Shown here piece after piece: positions 9,563-18,475 of a DNA stretch of 64,000 nt. The notes below the pieces were generated by a model that had not been told where the DNA came from, searched no databases, and was given only the letters and a program-made list of their open reading frames with translations. Positions within the stretch are counted from its first letter, which is position 1. Each line of letters opens with the position of its first letter. The stretch lies in the NCBI GenBank assembly GCA_032161105.1, contig JAVHTD010000007.1; one strand, 5' to 3'. The translations under genes were made by a program, and so were the position numbers. Source of the stretch: Candidatus Thermosaccharophagus tengchongensis (GTDB lineage: Bacteria > Armatimonadota > Fervidibacteria > Fervidibacterales > Thermosaccharophagaceae).

Positions 9563-10228
9563 ATGTTTACGGGCATAGTTGAGGAAGTTGGGCAAGTCGT
9601 AGCAGTTGAGCGCATGGGTGGTGGCGCGAGACTCACCATCTCGGCTTCGGTTGTGATGGATGACTTGAAGGTTGGCGACAGCATATGCGTCAACGGGGCT
9701 TGCCTGACGGTCACACGGAGGTCCGCATCGCGCTTCCAAGTTGATGTGATGGAGGAAACCATGCTCCGCACTAACCTCGCTTTCCTGAGGGTGGGCGATA
9801 AGGTCAACTTGGAAAGGGCTCTTAAAGCCACTGATAGGTTGGGTGGGCATTTTGTTCAAGGGCATGTTGATGGCACTGGAGTTATAGCTGGCATACAGCG
9901 GATGCATCGCTCATGGGTGATGAAGATAAACTGTGATGAAGCATTGACGCGCTTCATGGTCCCAAAGGGGTCGGTGGCTGTTGATGGAGTTAGCTTGACG
10001 ACGGTGGATTGCGGCAGTGGTTGGTTCACAGTCGCATTGATACCGCACACGCTGAGTGCAACGACGCTCGGAATGAGGCGCGTTGGCGATGTGGTCAACA
10101 TTGAAGTTGACCTGCTTGCAAAATACCTGCACAAGCTGCTGCAATCGCACTTAGCGCTGCAAATGCAAAAGGGCAGTGAAAGGCTCATTGAGTTGCTTGG
10201 TGATTCACCACCTCACATTCGCCAGTAA
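9563..10228 (+). CDS. ribE: Riboflavin synthase (alpha subunit)
   Basis: Canonical N-terminus MFTGIVEE at ATG 9563; GDSICVNGACLT, GGHFVQGHVD. Confidence 0.96.
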   Translation: MFTGIVEEVGQVVAVERMGGGARLTISASVVMDDLKVGDSICVNGACLTVTRRSASRFQVDVMEETMLRTNLAFLRVGDKVNLERALKATDRLGGHFVQGHVDGTGVIAGIQRMHRSWVMKINCDEALTRFMVPKGSVAVDGVSLTTVDCGSGWFTVALIPHTLSATTLGMRRVGDVVNIEVDLLAKYLHKLLQSHLALQMQKGSERLIELLGDSPPHIRQ

Positions 10229-10260
10229 ACTGCAGGACGATGATTGGAAGGTGATGGCGC

Positions 10261-11472
10261 ATGCCGCGCTCCACAATTGAGGAGGCAATTGAGGCATTTA
10301 AGCGCGGTGAGTTCCTGATCATCGTTGACGATGAGGACAGGGAGAACGAGGGCGACTTAGTCATCGCAGCTGAGAAGGTTACACCCGAGGCAATTAACTT
10401 CATGCTCAAGCATGGGCGTGGTCTTGTGTGCCTCGCAATCATCGGGCAAAGGCTGGACGAACTCTGCATACCGCCAATGGTCTCAAACAACACCGACCCA
10501 TTTGGGTCTGCGTTTGCCGTTTCAGTTGATGCCCACCCGAAGTTCGGCGTTACAACCGGCATATCCGCGCATGACCGAGCCACAACAATAAAGGTCATCC
10601 TTGATCCGAATACGAAGCCATCGGACTTGACTCGTCCGGGACACATCTTCCCGCTGCGCTATAGGGAAGGGGGCGTGCTCAGGAGAGCCGGTCACACTGA
10701 GGCAGCTGTTGATATGGCAAAACTCGCCGGGCTATACCCAGCAGCAGTGATATGCGAGATATTGCGTGATGATGGCACTATGGCAAGGTTGCCCGACTTG
10801 GAGCGCCTATCCGATGAGCATGGAATCAAGCTCATCACGATAGCCGATTTGATTGCCTACAGGAGAAGGACGGAAAAGCTTGTCCGCAAAGTCGCAACAG
10901 CGCGCTTCCCGACCATCTTTGGTGAATTCACAATGCACGCTTTTGAGAGCCTGATTGATGGAACACCATACATTGCGCTTGTGATGGGCGAGATAAACCC
11001 AGATGAGCCAATACTTGTGAGGGTGCATTCGGCTTGCGTCACCGGGGACGCACTTTTCTCATTGCGGTGTGATTGCGGAATGCAACTTCGCTTGGCTCTT
11101 GAGAAGATAGCTCAAGAGGGTAGGGGAGTGCTCGTCTACATCTCGCAGCATGAAGGGCGCGGAATAGGCTTGCTCAACAAGCTTAAGGCATACGAGCTTC
11201 AGGACAAGGGGCTTGATACTGTTGATGCAAATCTGCACCTTGGCTATCCGCCGGATTTGCGAGACTACGGGCTTGGCGCTCAAGTGCTCTATGAGCTCGG
11301 CGTCCGCAAGATGAGGTTGATGACAAACAATCCATCAAAGAGGGCTGGTCTTTTGGGCTATGGGCTTGAAATAGTTGAGAGAGTCCCATTGGAAGTCAAG
11401 CCGAACAGCGCAAATAGGGATTACCTGCGCGCAAAGCGGGAGAAGCTCGGTCACATGATTGATGTTGAGTAG
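10261..11472 (+). CDS. ribBA: Bifunctional DHBP synthase / GTP cyclohydrolase II
   Basis: DDEDRENEGD, RAGHTEA, RVHSACVTGD...RCDCG, EGRGIGL, TNNP motifs. Confidence 0.97.
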   Translation: MPRSTIEEAIEAFKRGEFLIIVDDEDRENEGDLVIAAEKVTPEAINFMLKHGRGLVCLAIIGQRLDELCIPPMVSNNTDPFGSAFAVSVDAHPKFGVTTGISAHDRATTIKVILDPNTKPSDLTRPGHIFPLRYREGGVLRRAGHTEAAVDMAKLAGLYPAAVICEILRDDGTMARLPDLERLSDEHGIKLITIADLIAYRRRTEKLVRKVATARFPTIFGEFTMHAFESLIDGTPYIALVMGEINPDEPILVRVHSACVTGDALFSLRCDCGMQLRLALEKIAQEGRGVLVYISQHEGRGIGLLNKLKAYELQDKGLDTVDANLHLGYPPDLRDYGLGAQVLYELGVRKMRLMTNNPSKRAGLLGYGLEIVERVPLEVKPNSANRDYLRAKREKLGHMIDVE

Positions 11473-11539
11473 CGGCACATGAAATGCTCTCGCAAAGCTT
11501 GGAATACGCCGTATGCAAATGAACCAAAGCGTTGGTGTT

Positions 11540-12748
11540 CTATCGTGCCCATCCAACTTTGGTTAACAGGATGGCAGTGGCGAGGATTGAGAGCGCTGCA
11601 CAAACCATGAATGCCACAGTGGCTCCGAGCGCTTCCCACAAAGCCCCAAACAGCAAGCTGGCGGGTAGCATGCCCATCCCGATTACGAAATGAAAAATTC
11701 CATAACCGCTTCCGCGAAGATGCTCGCTGACTAAATCAGCCACAATGGCTCTTTCTGCGCCCTCCGTCATGGCGAAGTAAAGACCATAAACGGTGAACAG
11801 AAGCCATATGTGAGTTGGCGATGAGGCAACGCCAAAGCCGGCATAGACCAACGCATAGGTAAGCCAGCCGAGCGCAATTGCTTTTATTCGCCCTATCCTG
11901 TCCGAGAGCATGCCGCCATATACACTCAAGGCGCTTTTGATGATGTGCAGCCAAGTCCAGAGCATCGGAATCGCATACTCCGGCACGCCGCATTGGTTCG
12001 CACGAAGCAGCAAGAAGGCATCACTTGAGTTGCTCAGAGTGAATGCGAATACCGAAGCCAATAGCCAACGAAAGCGCGCATCAAATTGTGACAGGCAGAG
12101 GGAAATGGGCTTTGAGCTCACAGCCGATACTTGAACCTCGCTCGTCTGGCTTAGGCGTGGGTCGCTGACGCCAAACCACAGCACAAAGAGGGATATCAGC
12201 GCAGGCACTGAGGCGCACAGGAACACAAGCCTGTATTGCCCACCAAATAGCGCAAGCAGCGCAAAAGCCGACATAGGTCCTATTAGCGCTCCGAGATGAT
12301 CAAGCGACCTGTGGAATCCGAAAGCGGTTCCACGAATGCCTTCATTGCATGCATGTGCAATGAGTGCGTCCCTTGGTGATGTGCGTATTCCCTTCCCAAT
12401 CCTGTCTACGAAGCGCAGCAGAAGCACTTGGTAGGCTGCATTGACAAAAGCCATCAACGGACGAGTTGCCCCGGCAAGCGCATAGCCTATGAATGTCAAA
12501 AGCTTATGCTGCCTTATGATGTCAGCAAGCCAACCGGAAATGAGCTTGAGCAGGCTCGCCGTCGTTTCAGCGATGCCCTCTAACAGTCCAATGAAAGCAA
12601 ACGAAGCTTTGAGCTCATGCCTGAGGAATAGCGGGAGAAGCGGATAGAGCATCTCGCTGCTGGCGTCATTCAATAAGCTGACGATGGCGAGCACTTTGAC
12701 AGCTCTCGGCAGCTCCTTCGTGGCTCTGAGCAGTGCAATTGAGCGCAT
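11540..12748 (-). CDS. MFS transporter
   Basis: About 12 hydrophobic segments; DASSEM, DRIGKGIRTSPRDALI, GMLSDRIGR. Confidence 0.88.
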   Translation of the reverse strand: MRSIALLRATKELPRAVKVLAIVSLLNDASSEMLYPLLPLFLRHELKASFAFIGLLEGIAETTASLLKLISGWLADIIRQHKLLTFIGYALAGATRPLMAFVNAAYQVLLLRFVDRIGKGIRTSPRDALIAHACNEGIRGTAFGFHRSLDHLGALIGPMSAFALLALFGGQYRLVFLCASVPALISLFVLWFGVSDPRLSQTSEVQVSAVSSKPISLCLSQFDARFRWLLASVFAFTLSNSSDAFLLLRANQCGVPEYAIPMLWTWLHIIKSALSVYGGMLSDRIGRIKAIALGWLTYALVYAGFGVASSPTHIWLLFTVYGLYFAMTEGAERAIVADLVSEHLRGSGYGIFHFVIGMGMLPASLLFGALWEALGATVAFMVCAALSILATAILLTKVGWAR

Positions 12749-12835
12749 TATATTCAATCCCCTTTGATGACATTCGCGTTGAGCGCCCAAGCGAGGTTTG
12801 GGGCACACAGCAAGGAAGCATTCTTGTTTGGCTGC

Positions 12836-13447
12836 CTAAAGCTCTCGTATGCGTATGTTGCGCCAGTGTATCTCCGCTCCCTCAGATTGAAAGATGAGAT
12901 AGCCCTTTCTCGGCTCAGCATTTGCCCCTATAGCAATGACATGCCCGTTGACGCATGTCGCCACGAAACCGTTATAGTTGATGATGTGATACGAATTCCA
13001 CTCGCGCAGTTTTGCCGGGCGCTGCAAAACCGGCGTTGCATCCACTTTACCGCCGCTCACCCCAAATATTCTCCCAACTTCGGTGTGAAGCAGCTGAAAC
13101 TCAATGCCCTGCGGCCAGATCTTGTCGGGAAGAACCATCAAGAAGACGCCGCTGTTACCGGGCTCCATCATGCGATATTCAAACCGGAGGATGAAGTTGC
13201 CAAACTCCTTTTCAGTGCGCAGGTAGCCATTCGGTCTGCCAGTGCATATGATAATGCCATCTTCAACTCGCCATGTCTTTTGTGGGTCACCGCCGGGAAG
13301 GAATGGTATGAACCCACTCAGGTCTTTGCCATTAAACAGCGGTGTGAAGCCCTCTTCAGCCACCTGCGAAAATGCAATGTCAACCAACGCTCCAGCCCCA
13401 ACAAACGCCAAAGCTGTGAGCAATTCTCGCCGATTCACAACTTTCAC
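12836..13447 (-). CDS. DUF1080 (3-keto-disaccharide hydrolase-like) protein with Tat signal
   Basis: NRRELL leader; FTPLFNGKDLSG, GNSGVF, EWNSY, FQSEG...WRNIRIREL. Confidence 0.88.
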   Translation of the reverse strand: MKVVNRRELLTALAFVGAGALVDIAFSQVAEEGFTPLFNGKDLSGFIPFLPGGDPQKTWRVEDGIIICTGRPNGYLRTEKEFGNFILRFEYRMMEPGNSGVFLMVLPDKIWPQGIEFQLLHTEVGRIFGVSGGKVDATPVLQRPAKLREWNSYHIINYNGFVATCVNGHVIAIGANAEPRKGYLIFQSEGAEIHWRNIRIREL

Positions 13448-13799
13448 CCCCCCTTAGCGCACCATTAAGGGCTTGAATTGACCCCACACGATGTAAGTAT
13501 ACCACGCATCGCCGCGTCGGCGGGAGCAGCTTTAGCTATGCGCTTTCCACCCGCTGCAGAATATTAAGCGCATAGGAGTTGCGCAGCTCTGGATGCAGGG
13601 ATGGCTTTTAATCCATTCGCAGGGGCGCATGAAATGCGCCAAAAACAGGCGTGTATTAAGCGGGCGTATTTCACGCAACCCTGCATTTCCATCCGACCAT
13701 AATGGGATGATGACTTGCAGGAGAGGCTTTAGCCACAAAGAAGCTTATAAGTCAACTGCGCGAGTTCCAAAGCGCTCTCATATTTGGTGGTGCAACAAG

Positions 13800-14480
13800 A
13801 TGGGCGAGAGAATATGGCTTGCATGGAGCAGCGGAAAGGACTCAGCACTCACACTGCACATCATTCAACAGGATAGCAGGTGGAGCCATTTTGAAGTTTG
13901 CGCTCTGCTTTGCACCATCACCGAGGACTATGGGCGAGTCAGCATGCACGGTGTGCGCAGGGAGCTCGTGCTTGCCCAAGCCGAATCAATCGGCATACCA
14001 TTGGCTGAAGTGCTGATACCGGCAAAGTGCACCAATGATGCGTATGAGGAAGCCATGCGCACAGCCCTTGAAGCGGCTGCGAGGGACGGAATTGTTGGTG
14101 TTGCGTTTGGTGACATACACCTTTCGGATGTGCGTGAATACCGTGAGAGGCAAATGGCTCGTGTTGGCATGACGCCAGTATTTCCGCTGTGGGGGATGAA
14201 GCCGGGCGAGGTTGCGCTTAAGTTTTTGTCCCTCGGGTTTAAGGCGGTTGTCGTGTGCGTTGATTCAAAGCAACTTGATCCGGCGCTATGTGGTCGTGAA
14301 TATGATGAATCGTTCTTGAGCGAACTGCCGGAGCTGGTTGACCCGTGTGGCGAGAATGGCGAATTCCACACATTCGTTTACGACGGACCGACCTTTACAA
14401 AGCCGATTGAAATCCGGCGCGGCAGGGTGATCATGCGGGACGAGCGATTTGCATTCTGCGACCTAACTTTGGGCAGGTGA
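13800..14480 (+). CDS. PP-loop ATPase, diphthine-ammonia ligase (Dph6/MJ0570)-like family
   Basis: WSSGKDS PP-loop, MHGVR, FGDI, DPCGENGEFHTFV; ATG at 13800. Confidence 0.88.
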   Translation: MGERIWLAWSSGKDSALTLHIIQQDSRWSHFEVCALLCTITEDYGRVSMHGVRRELVLAQAESIGIPLAEVLIPAKCTNDAYEEAMRTALEAAARDGIVGVAFGDIHLSDVREYRERQMARVGMTPVFPLWGMKPGEVALKFLSLGFKAVVVCVDSKQLDPALCGREYDESFLSELPELVDPCGENGEFHTFVYDGPTFTKPIEIRRGRVIMRDERFAFCDLTLGR

Positions 14481-15526
14481 TGAGCGTGAGGGGTGACGAG
14501 CAGACTGTGGTTCTCAAGGAGGCGTCGTATTACGAGGTGCTCCCGGATGGTTCGGTTAAATGCGCTCTTGAGCCACGCCAGTGCATCATTCACGATGGAG
14601 AGAGGGGCTTCTGTGGAACAAGGCAAAACATAAAAGGCAAGCTTTGGTCATTGACCCACTCAAGAGTTGCCGTCGTTGACATTGAGATGCTTTACCATCA
14701 CCACATTTACCATGTCCTTCCGGGCGCATACTTTGTCACCGTCGGCACAGCCGGATGCAACATGAGCTGCCAATACTGTGAGACTGCCGCAATATCGCAG
14801 GCGACACCTGAGGCAGTGGAGAGCATACACGCAACACCACAAATGCTTATCGGGTTGGCGATTGAGCGCGGAGCTGTGGGGATACTGTTTGCTCACAACG
14901 AGCCAGTGGCAAGCTACGAATTCATGCTTGACACATTCAAGCTCGCAAAGGATTACAAGCTGCGCACTGCATGCCACACTGCCGCAAAGATATTCGCCAA
15001 ACCGCTCATTGAGCTGTGTCGCCACTTGGATGCCATCAACATTGACTTGAAGGCTTTTGACGAAGCCGTCTACGAAAGGCTATGTCAGGGAAGCCTTGAG
15101 ACGACGAAGGAGGCAATTGCTGTCATTTCAAAACTCGGCAATGTCTTCATTGAGGTGACCTACCCACTCGTGCCCGGATTTAATGATGAGCCGGAGCAAG
15201 TCAAGCGCATGTGTGAATGGCTGCTGAAGACAGCTGGAGATGAAGTGCCATTGCATTTCATTCGTTTCTTCCCGGCGCACAAGATGAAGGATGCCGCTCC
15301 AACGCCGATTGAACTCATCTATGAGCGCCGTGAGCTCGCAATGAAGATGGGTCTCAAGTATGTCTATGGTGGCAACCTTTTCGGCGACAAAGCCGAGTTC
15401 ACATACTGCGCCAAGTGCAAAGCTATAGTCATTGAGCGAGATGAGGAAGGCATCCCGACACTGCGTATGCGTTCAGGTAAGTGTGAAGCCTGCGGCAATG
15501 CCATCCCCGGAATATGGAAGGTTTAG
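14477..15526 (+). CDS. AmmeMemoRadiSam-type (PFL-activase-like) radical SAM enzyme, divergent paralog
   Basis: GCNMSCQYC cluster motif, NEP, NIDLKAF, LHFIRFFP, C-terminal CAKC and CEAC; overlaps the upstream stop (GTGATG). Confidence 0.85.
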   Translation: MMSVRGDEQTVVLKEASYYEVLPDGSVKCALEPRQCIIHDGERGFCGTRQNIKGKLWSLTHSRVAVVDIEMLYHHHIYHVLPGAYFVTVGTAGCNMSCQYCETAAISQATPEAVESIHATPQMLIGLAIERGAVGILFAHNEPVASYEFMLDTFKLAKDYKLRTACHTAAKIFAKPLIELCRHLDAINIDLKAFDEAVYERLCQGSLETTKEAIAVISKLGNVFIEVTYPLVPGFNDEPEQVKRMCEWLLKTAGDEVPLHFIRFFPAHKMKDAAPTPIELIYERRELAMKMGLKYVYGGNLFGDKAEFTYCAKCKAIVIERDEEGIPTLRMRSGKCEACGNAIPGIWKV

Positions 15527-15598
15527 TGGCTTTGGGGCGAGCGTGAACTTCCCCTTGTAAGTGGCGTATGGTGAGGGTGCATCCGTCAAATTGCACCA

Positions 15599-16765
15599 TC
15601 AGCGCCCGTGACAGACTGCGCAAGTCTCCTCTCGCTTGTGGCACTTTAGGCAAGCCGAACTTGGCTCAAAGCTTGCCACATCCTTGTGCTTGAGCGCGAA
15701 CCCCTCAGGATGCGGCAAGGGAACCCCGTGACATGCATCGCATGCATTCTTCCCGTGGCAGCGCTCACATAGCTTTTGCTCCTCCTTCTTCACCTTCGCG
15801 TGAGCCTTCCGATAATCCTTCGGATGCGGCATCGGTAAGCCATGGCAAGCATCACACCATGATTGCGTGTGGCAGCGCATGCAAAGGCTCGGGTTTAACT
15901 TTGCCTCTTTGTGCTTCCGCTCATATCCCTTCGGGTGGGGCATCTTGATGCCGTGGCATGCATCGCAGAATGAGCTTGAATGACACATCAGGCAGTTCTG
16001 TCCGGAAAGGTAAAGCTTGCCATGACGCTCAATGAAATCGGCTTTGGCGTGTGACGGTGGCTTTCTGACGATGTGGCACGCATCACAGAATGAGCGCTCA
16101 TGACATTGCAGGCATTGAGCTTCCTTACTGCTGGCAAGCGCCCCGTGCTTTGTGGCGAAGCCCTTCACATGGCTGGAGGGCTTGCGCGGCTTATGACATA
16201 GGTCGCAAAAGGTGTCACTGTGGCATTCCAAACATCGTTGCCTATCCTCTGTCTCGGTCGGGTGGCGCTCAAGCCAACCTTGGCTATGAGTTTTTGGCAG
16301 TGCCGTCTCGGGGCGTAAGTGGCACAGCGAACACTTTTTTGGGGCGCTCTTGCCATCATGGCATTCCAAGCACACATCCATTGGCACTGCGCCGTGTTTC
16401 GGATATTGCTGCCCAGCCTTGCGCCGCTTGATGTCCCTGTGACAATCGCTGCAATGAGCGCCTCGCTCAATGTGCTTCATGTGCGAAAACGCGATTCGGT
16501 AGGCGCTCTCACCGAGCGTGATGACATTATGGCACTCAAAGCACTCTAAACCATTGACGAGACGGAGGCGCTCATTAACCGGCTGTGAGCTGGCAAGCTG
16601 TTCAGTCCTGAATTGAAGCATGCTCTTTTCCGAATGGCGCCTGACAGCGCTCTCAACTTGGTGCATGTGTAGGATGAGCAATGCCGACAGCGCGCTCACA
16701 AGAACAATGGGTGCAAACATGAGCGCGAGTTTAAGCAGCGCGTAAGCAAATAGCCGTAGCTTCAC
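15599..16765 (-). CDS. Membrane-anchored multiheme cytochrome c with 16 CxxCH motifs
   Basis: 16 CxxCH counted; N-terminal hydrophobic helix; probable GTG start at 16765 (ORF track start 16813). Confidence 0.92.
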   Translation of the reverse strand: MKLRLFAYALLKLALMFAPIVLVSALSALLILHMHQVESAVRRHSEKSMLQFRTEQLASSQPVNERLRLVNGLECFECHNVITLGESAYRIAFSHMKHIERGAHCSDCHRDIKRRKAGQQYPKHGAVPMDVCLECHDGKSAPKKCSLCHLRPETALPKTHSQGWLERHPTETEDRQRCLECHSDTFCDLCHKPRKPSSHVKGFATKHGALASSKEAQCLQCHERSFCDACHIVRKPPSHAKADFIERHGKLYLSGQNCLMCHSSSFCDACHGIKMPHPKGYERKHKEAKLNPSLCMRCHTQSWCDACHGLPMPHPKDYRKAHAKVKKEEQKLCERCHGKNACDACHGVPLPHPEGFALKHKDVASFEPSSACLKCHKREETCAVCHGR

Positions 16766-16845
16766 CCCTCTAACCCCCAAACAGCAAAGTGCATGAGCAA
16801 CGCATTTACCCACATCAAATTGCGATTGTGCCCTTCGGGGCTGAT

Positions 16846-18468
16846 TCAGTCGCCCGAGATATGGCGCTCATATTCAAGGGCGTGTCTTTCCTTCAACTCC
16901 TTCAAGCTCATCTTGCCGGTGAGCCATACAAAGCTCATCGGGAAGACATCCGGGCGAAGGTGTGCAAAGTAAACATGGAAACAAAGGAGGGCAAATGTTG
17001 CGAGCACAGCCTCATGGCTGTGCAGCGCCTGTGCGATCTCAATGACCTGCGGCGATGTGCGTTCGGCGACGAATGGCGCCTGCCAGAGCATGAGCCCAGT
17101 TATGCCCATCATCAAAATGCCCCACCCTGCTGCCCAGTAAAGGAACTTCTCAACGAAGTTGTATCGCCCCATCTTCGGCGGCTCACGCCGTATGCGGAGC
17201 AGGAAGAGAAGCGAGTGATAAAAATCAACGAAGTCCTTGGTGGTCGGGAGCATCTCGGCTTGCCTGTTACCGCGAGCGAGTTGGGCGAACAAGTAGAGCA
17301 GGTGATAAGCGACAGCAAAGAGCATGACAATCCCAGCAGCTCGGTGTATGACGGCAGCGCTTTCAACTCCGCCAAGTAACCTCAAAAGCCGCCCCGAGAC
17401 AGGCGATGAGAAGCACTTAAGCGGCAAGCCAGTCAGCATCAGAACCATGACGCTGCTCATGAAGAGAAAGTGTTGGATGATTTGATGGACATTCCAGCGC
17501 TGCACATACCCCTTGAGCTCCCCGCACTCATTTCTGGAGGCACTGACACACCACAGCGCTGCCATCACAACGGCATCAAGCAGTGTGTATGCAAACATTG
17601 AAACGAGCACGATGATGACGAACCACTCAAAGAGCAAACTGATCCAATAGACTGCAGGTCGCTCATTTGGCGAAGCCAACCTGTGCGTAAATGTGAGGGC
17701 GAACTTTTCTCCGCCACCCTTGTGGCAGCTGCTGCACACGGATGCGCGCTTTGATGGGTGCATCGGTGAAGCTGGGTCGTTGGGCGGTAGTATGCTGTGA
17801 TGGCTATGGCATGTCATGCAACTCGGAGTGCGCCTGCTGCCAAGGCGCAGCTTCTTTCCGTGAAAGCTGCCGAGGTAAGTTGTGACTGTGTGCGGATTAA
17901 CTCCGTGTCGGAGCATCATCGCTTCGTTGGCATGGCACTTTGCGCATACCCATGCAACATTATCTGGGTGCGTCGGCGAGCGCTTGTCTTCGCTGCTGAG
18001 TATGTAATGGTTGCCATGACAATCAGTGCAAATCGGCGGCTCATTGCTGCCAGACAAAATACCCCTTGCATGTTCGCTTCGGCTGTATTGCTTAAACTCG
18101 CCGCTATGGCATTCAATGCACGCAACTAAAGCCGGCTGGGTGAGCTTTGGTAGGCGTCTTACAAAGGGCTCAAATCTCTCTTCGGCGCTGCTTCCCTTAC
18201 TGCACGCTTGCGAATTCACCGCAGGTTGATGTGAGCCACCCATCGGGCGCATGTTTGTATGGCAACTGACGCATTTGAATTTTCCGTGCACCGATGATGC
18301 GAACCTGTTTGGGTCAACATAGAGGCTTTGCGCCAATTCGCCCGGTAACTTTACATGGAGCTTTTTGTTTGCGTGGCATGTCACGCAATGCTCCTGTGGT
18401 GACGCGCATTCTCGCCACGACCACAGGGAGAGGATGATTGCGCACGCTGTCACCGATCTCCGAGTCAT
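16846..18468 (-). CDS. Multiheme cytochrome c (7 CxxCH) fused to a cytochrome b membrane domain (CbcL-like architecture)
   Basis: Signal-like N-terminus; CVTCH, CVSCH, CIECH, CTDCH, CAKCH, CMTCH, CSSCH; then TM helices with QH, IHR, LHSHEA, FHVY histidines and GRYNFVEK; ATG at 18468 after GAGGT. Confidence 0.9.
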   Translation of the reverse strand: MTRRSVTACAIILSLWSWRECASPQEHCVTCHANKKLHVKLPGELAQSLYVDPNRFASSVHGKFKCVSCHTNMRPMGGSHQPAVNSQACSKGSSAEERFEPFVRRLPKLTQPALVACIECHSGEFKQYSRSEHARGILSGSNEPPICTDCHGNHYILSSEDKRSPTHPDNVAWVCAKCHANEAMMLRHGVNPHTVTTYLGSFHGKKLRLGSRRTPSCMTCHSHHSILPPNDPASPMHPSKRASVCSSCHKGGGEKFALTFTHRLASPNERPAVYWISLLFEWFVIIVLVSMFAYTLLDAVVMAALWCVSASRNECGELKGYVQRWNVHQIIQHFLFMSSVMVLMLTGLPLKCFSSPVSGRLLRLLGGVESAAVIHRAAGIVMLFAVAYHLLYLFAQLARGNRQAEMLPTTKDFVDFYHSLLFLLRIRREPPKMGRYNFVEKFLYWAAGWGILMMGITGLMLWQAPFVAERTSPQVIEIAQALHSHEAVLATFALLCFHVYFAHLRPDVFPMSFVWLTGKMSLKELKERHALEYERHISGD

Positions 18469-18475
18469 CCCAACC

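Noticed and set aside
15700..16220. Regularly spaced similar DNA words suggesting a CRISPR-like array
   Set aside because: They are degenerate codons for the repeated CDACH heme motifs within the cytochrome gene.
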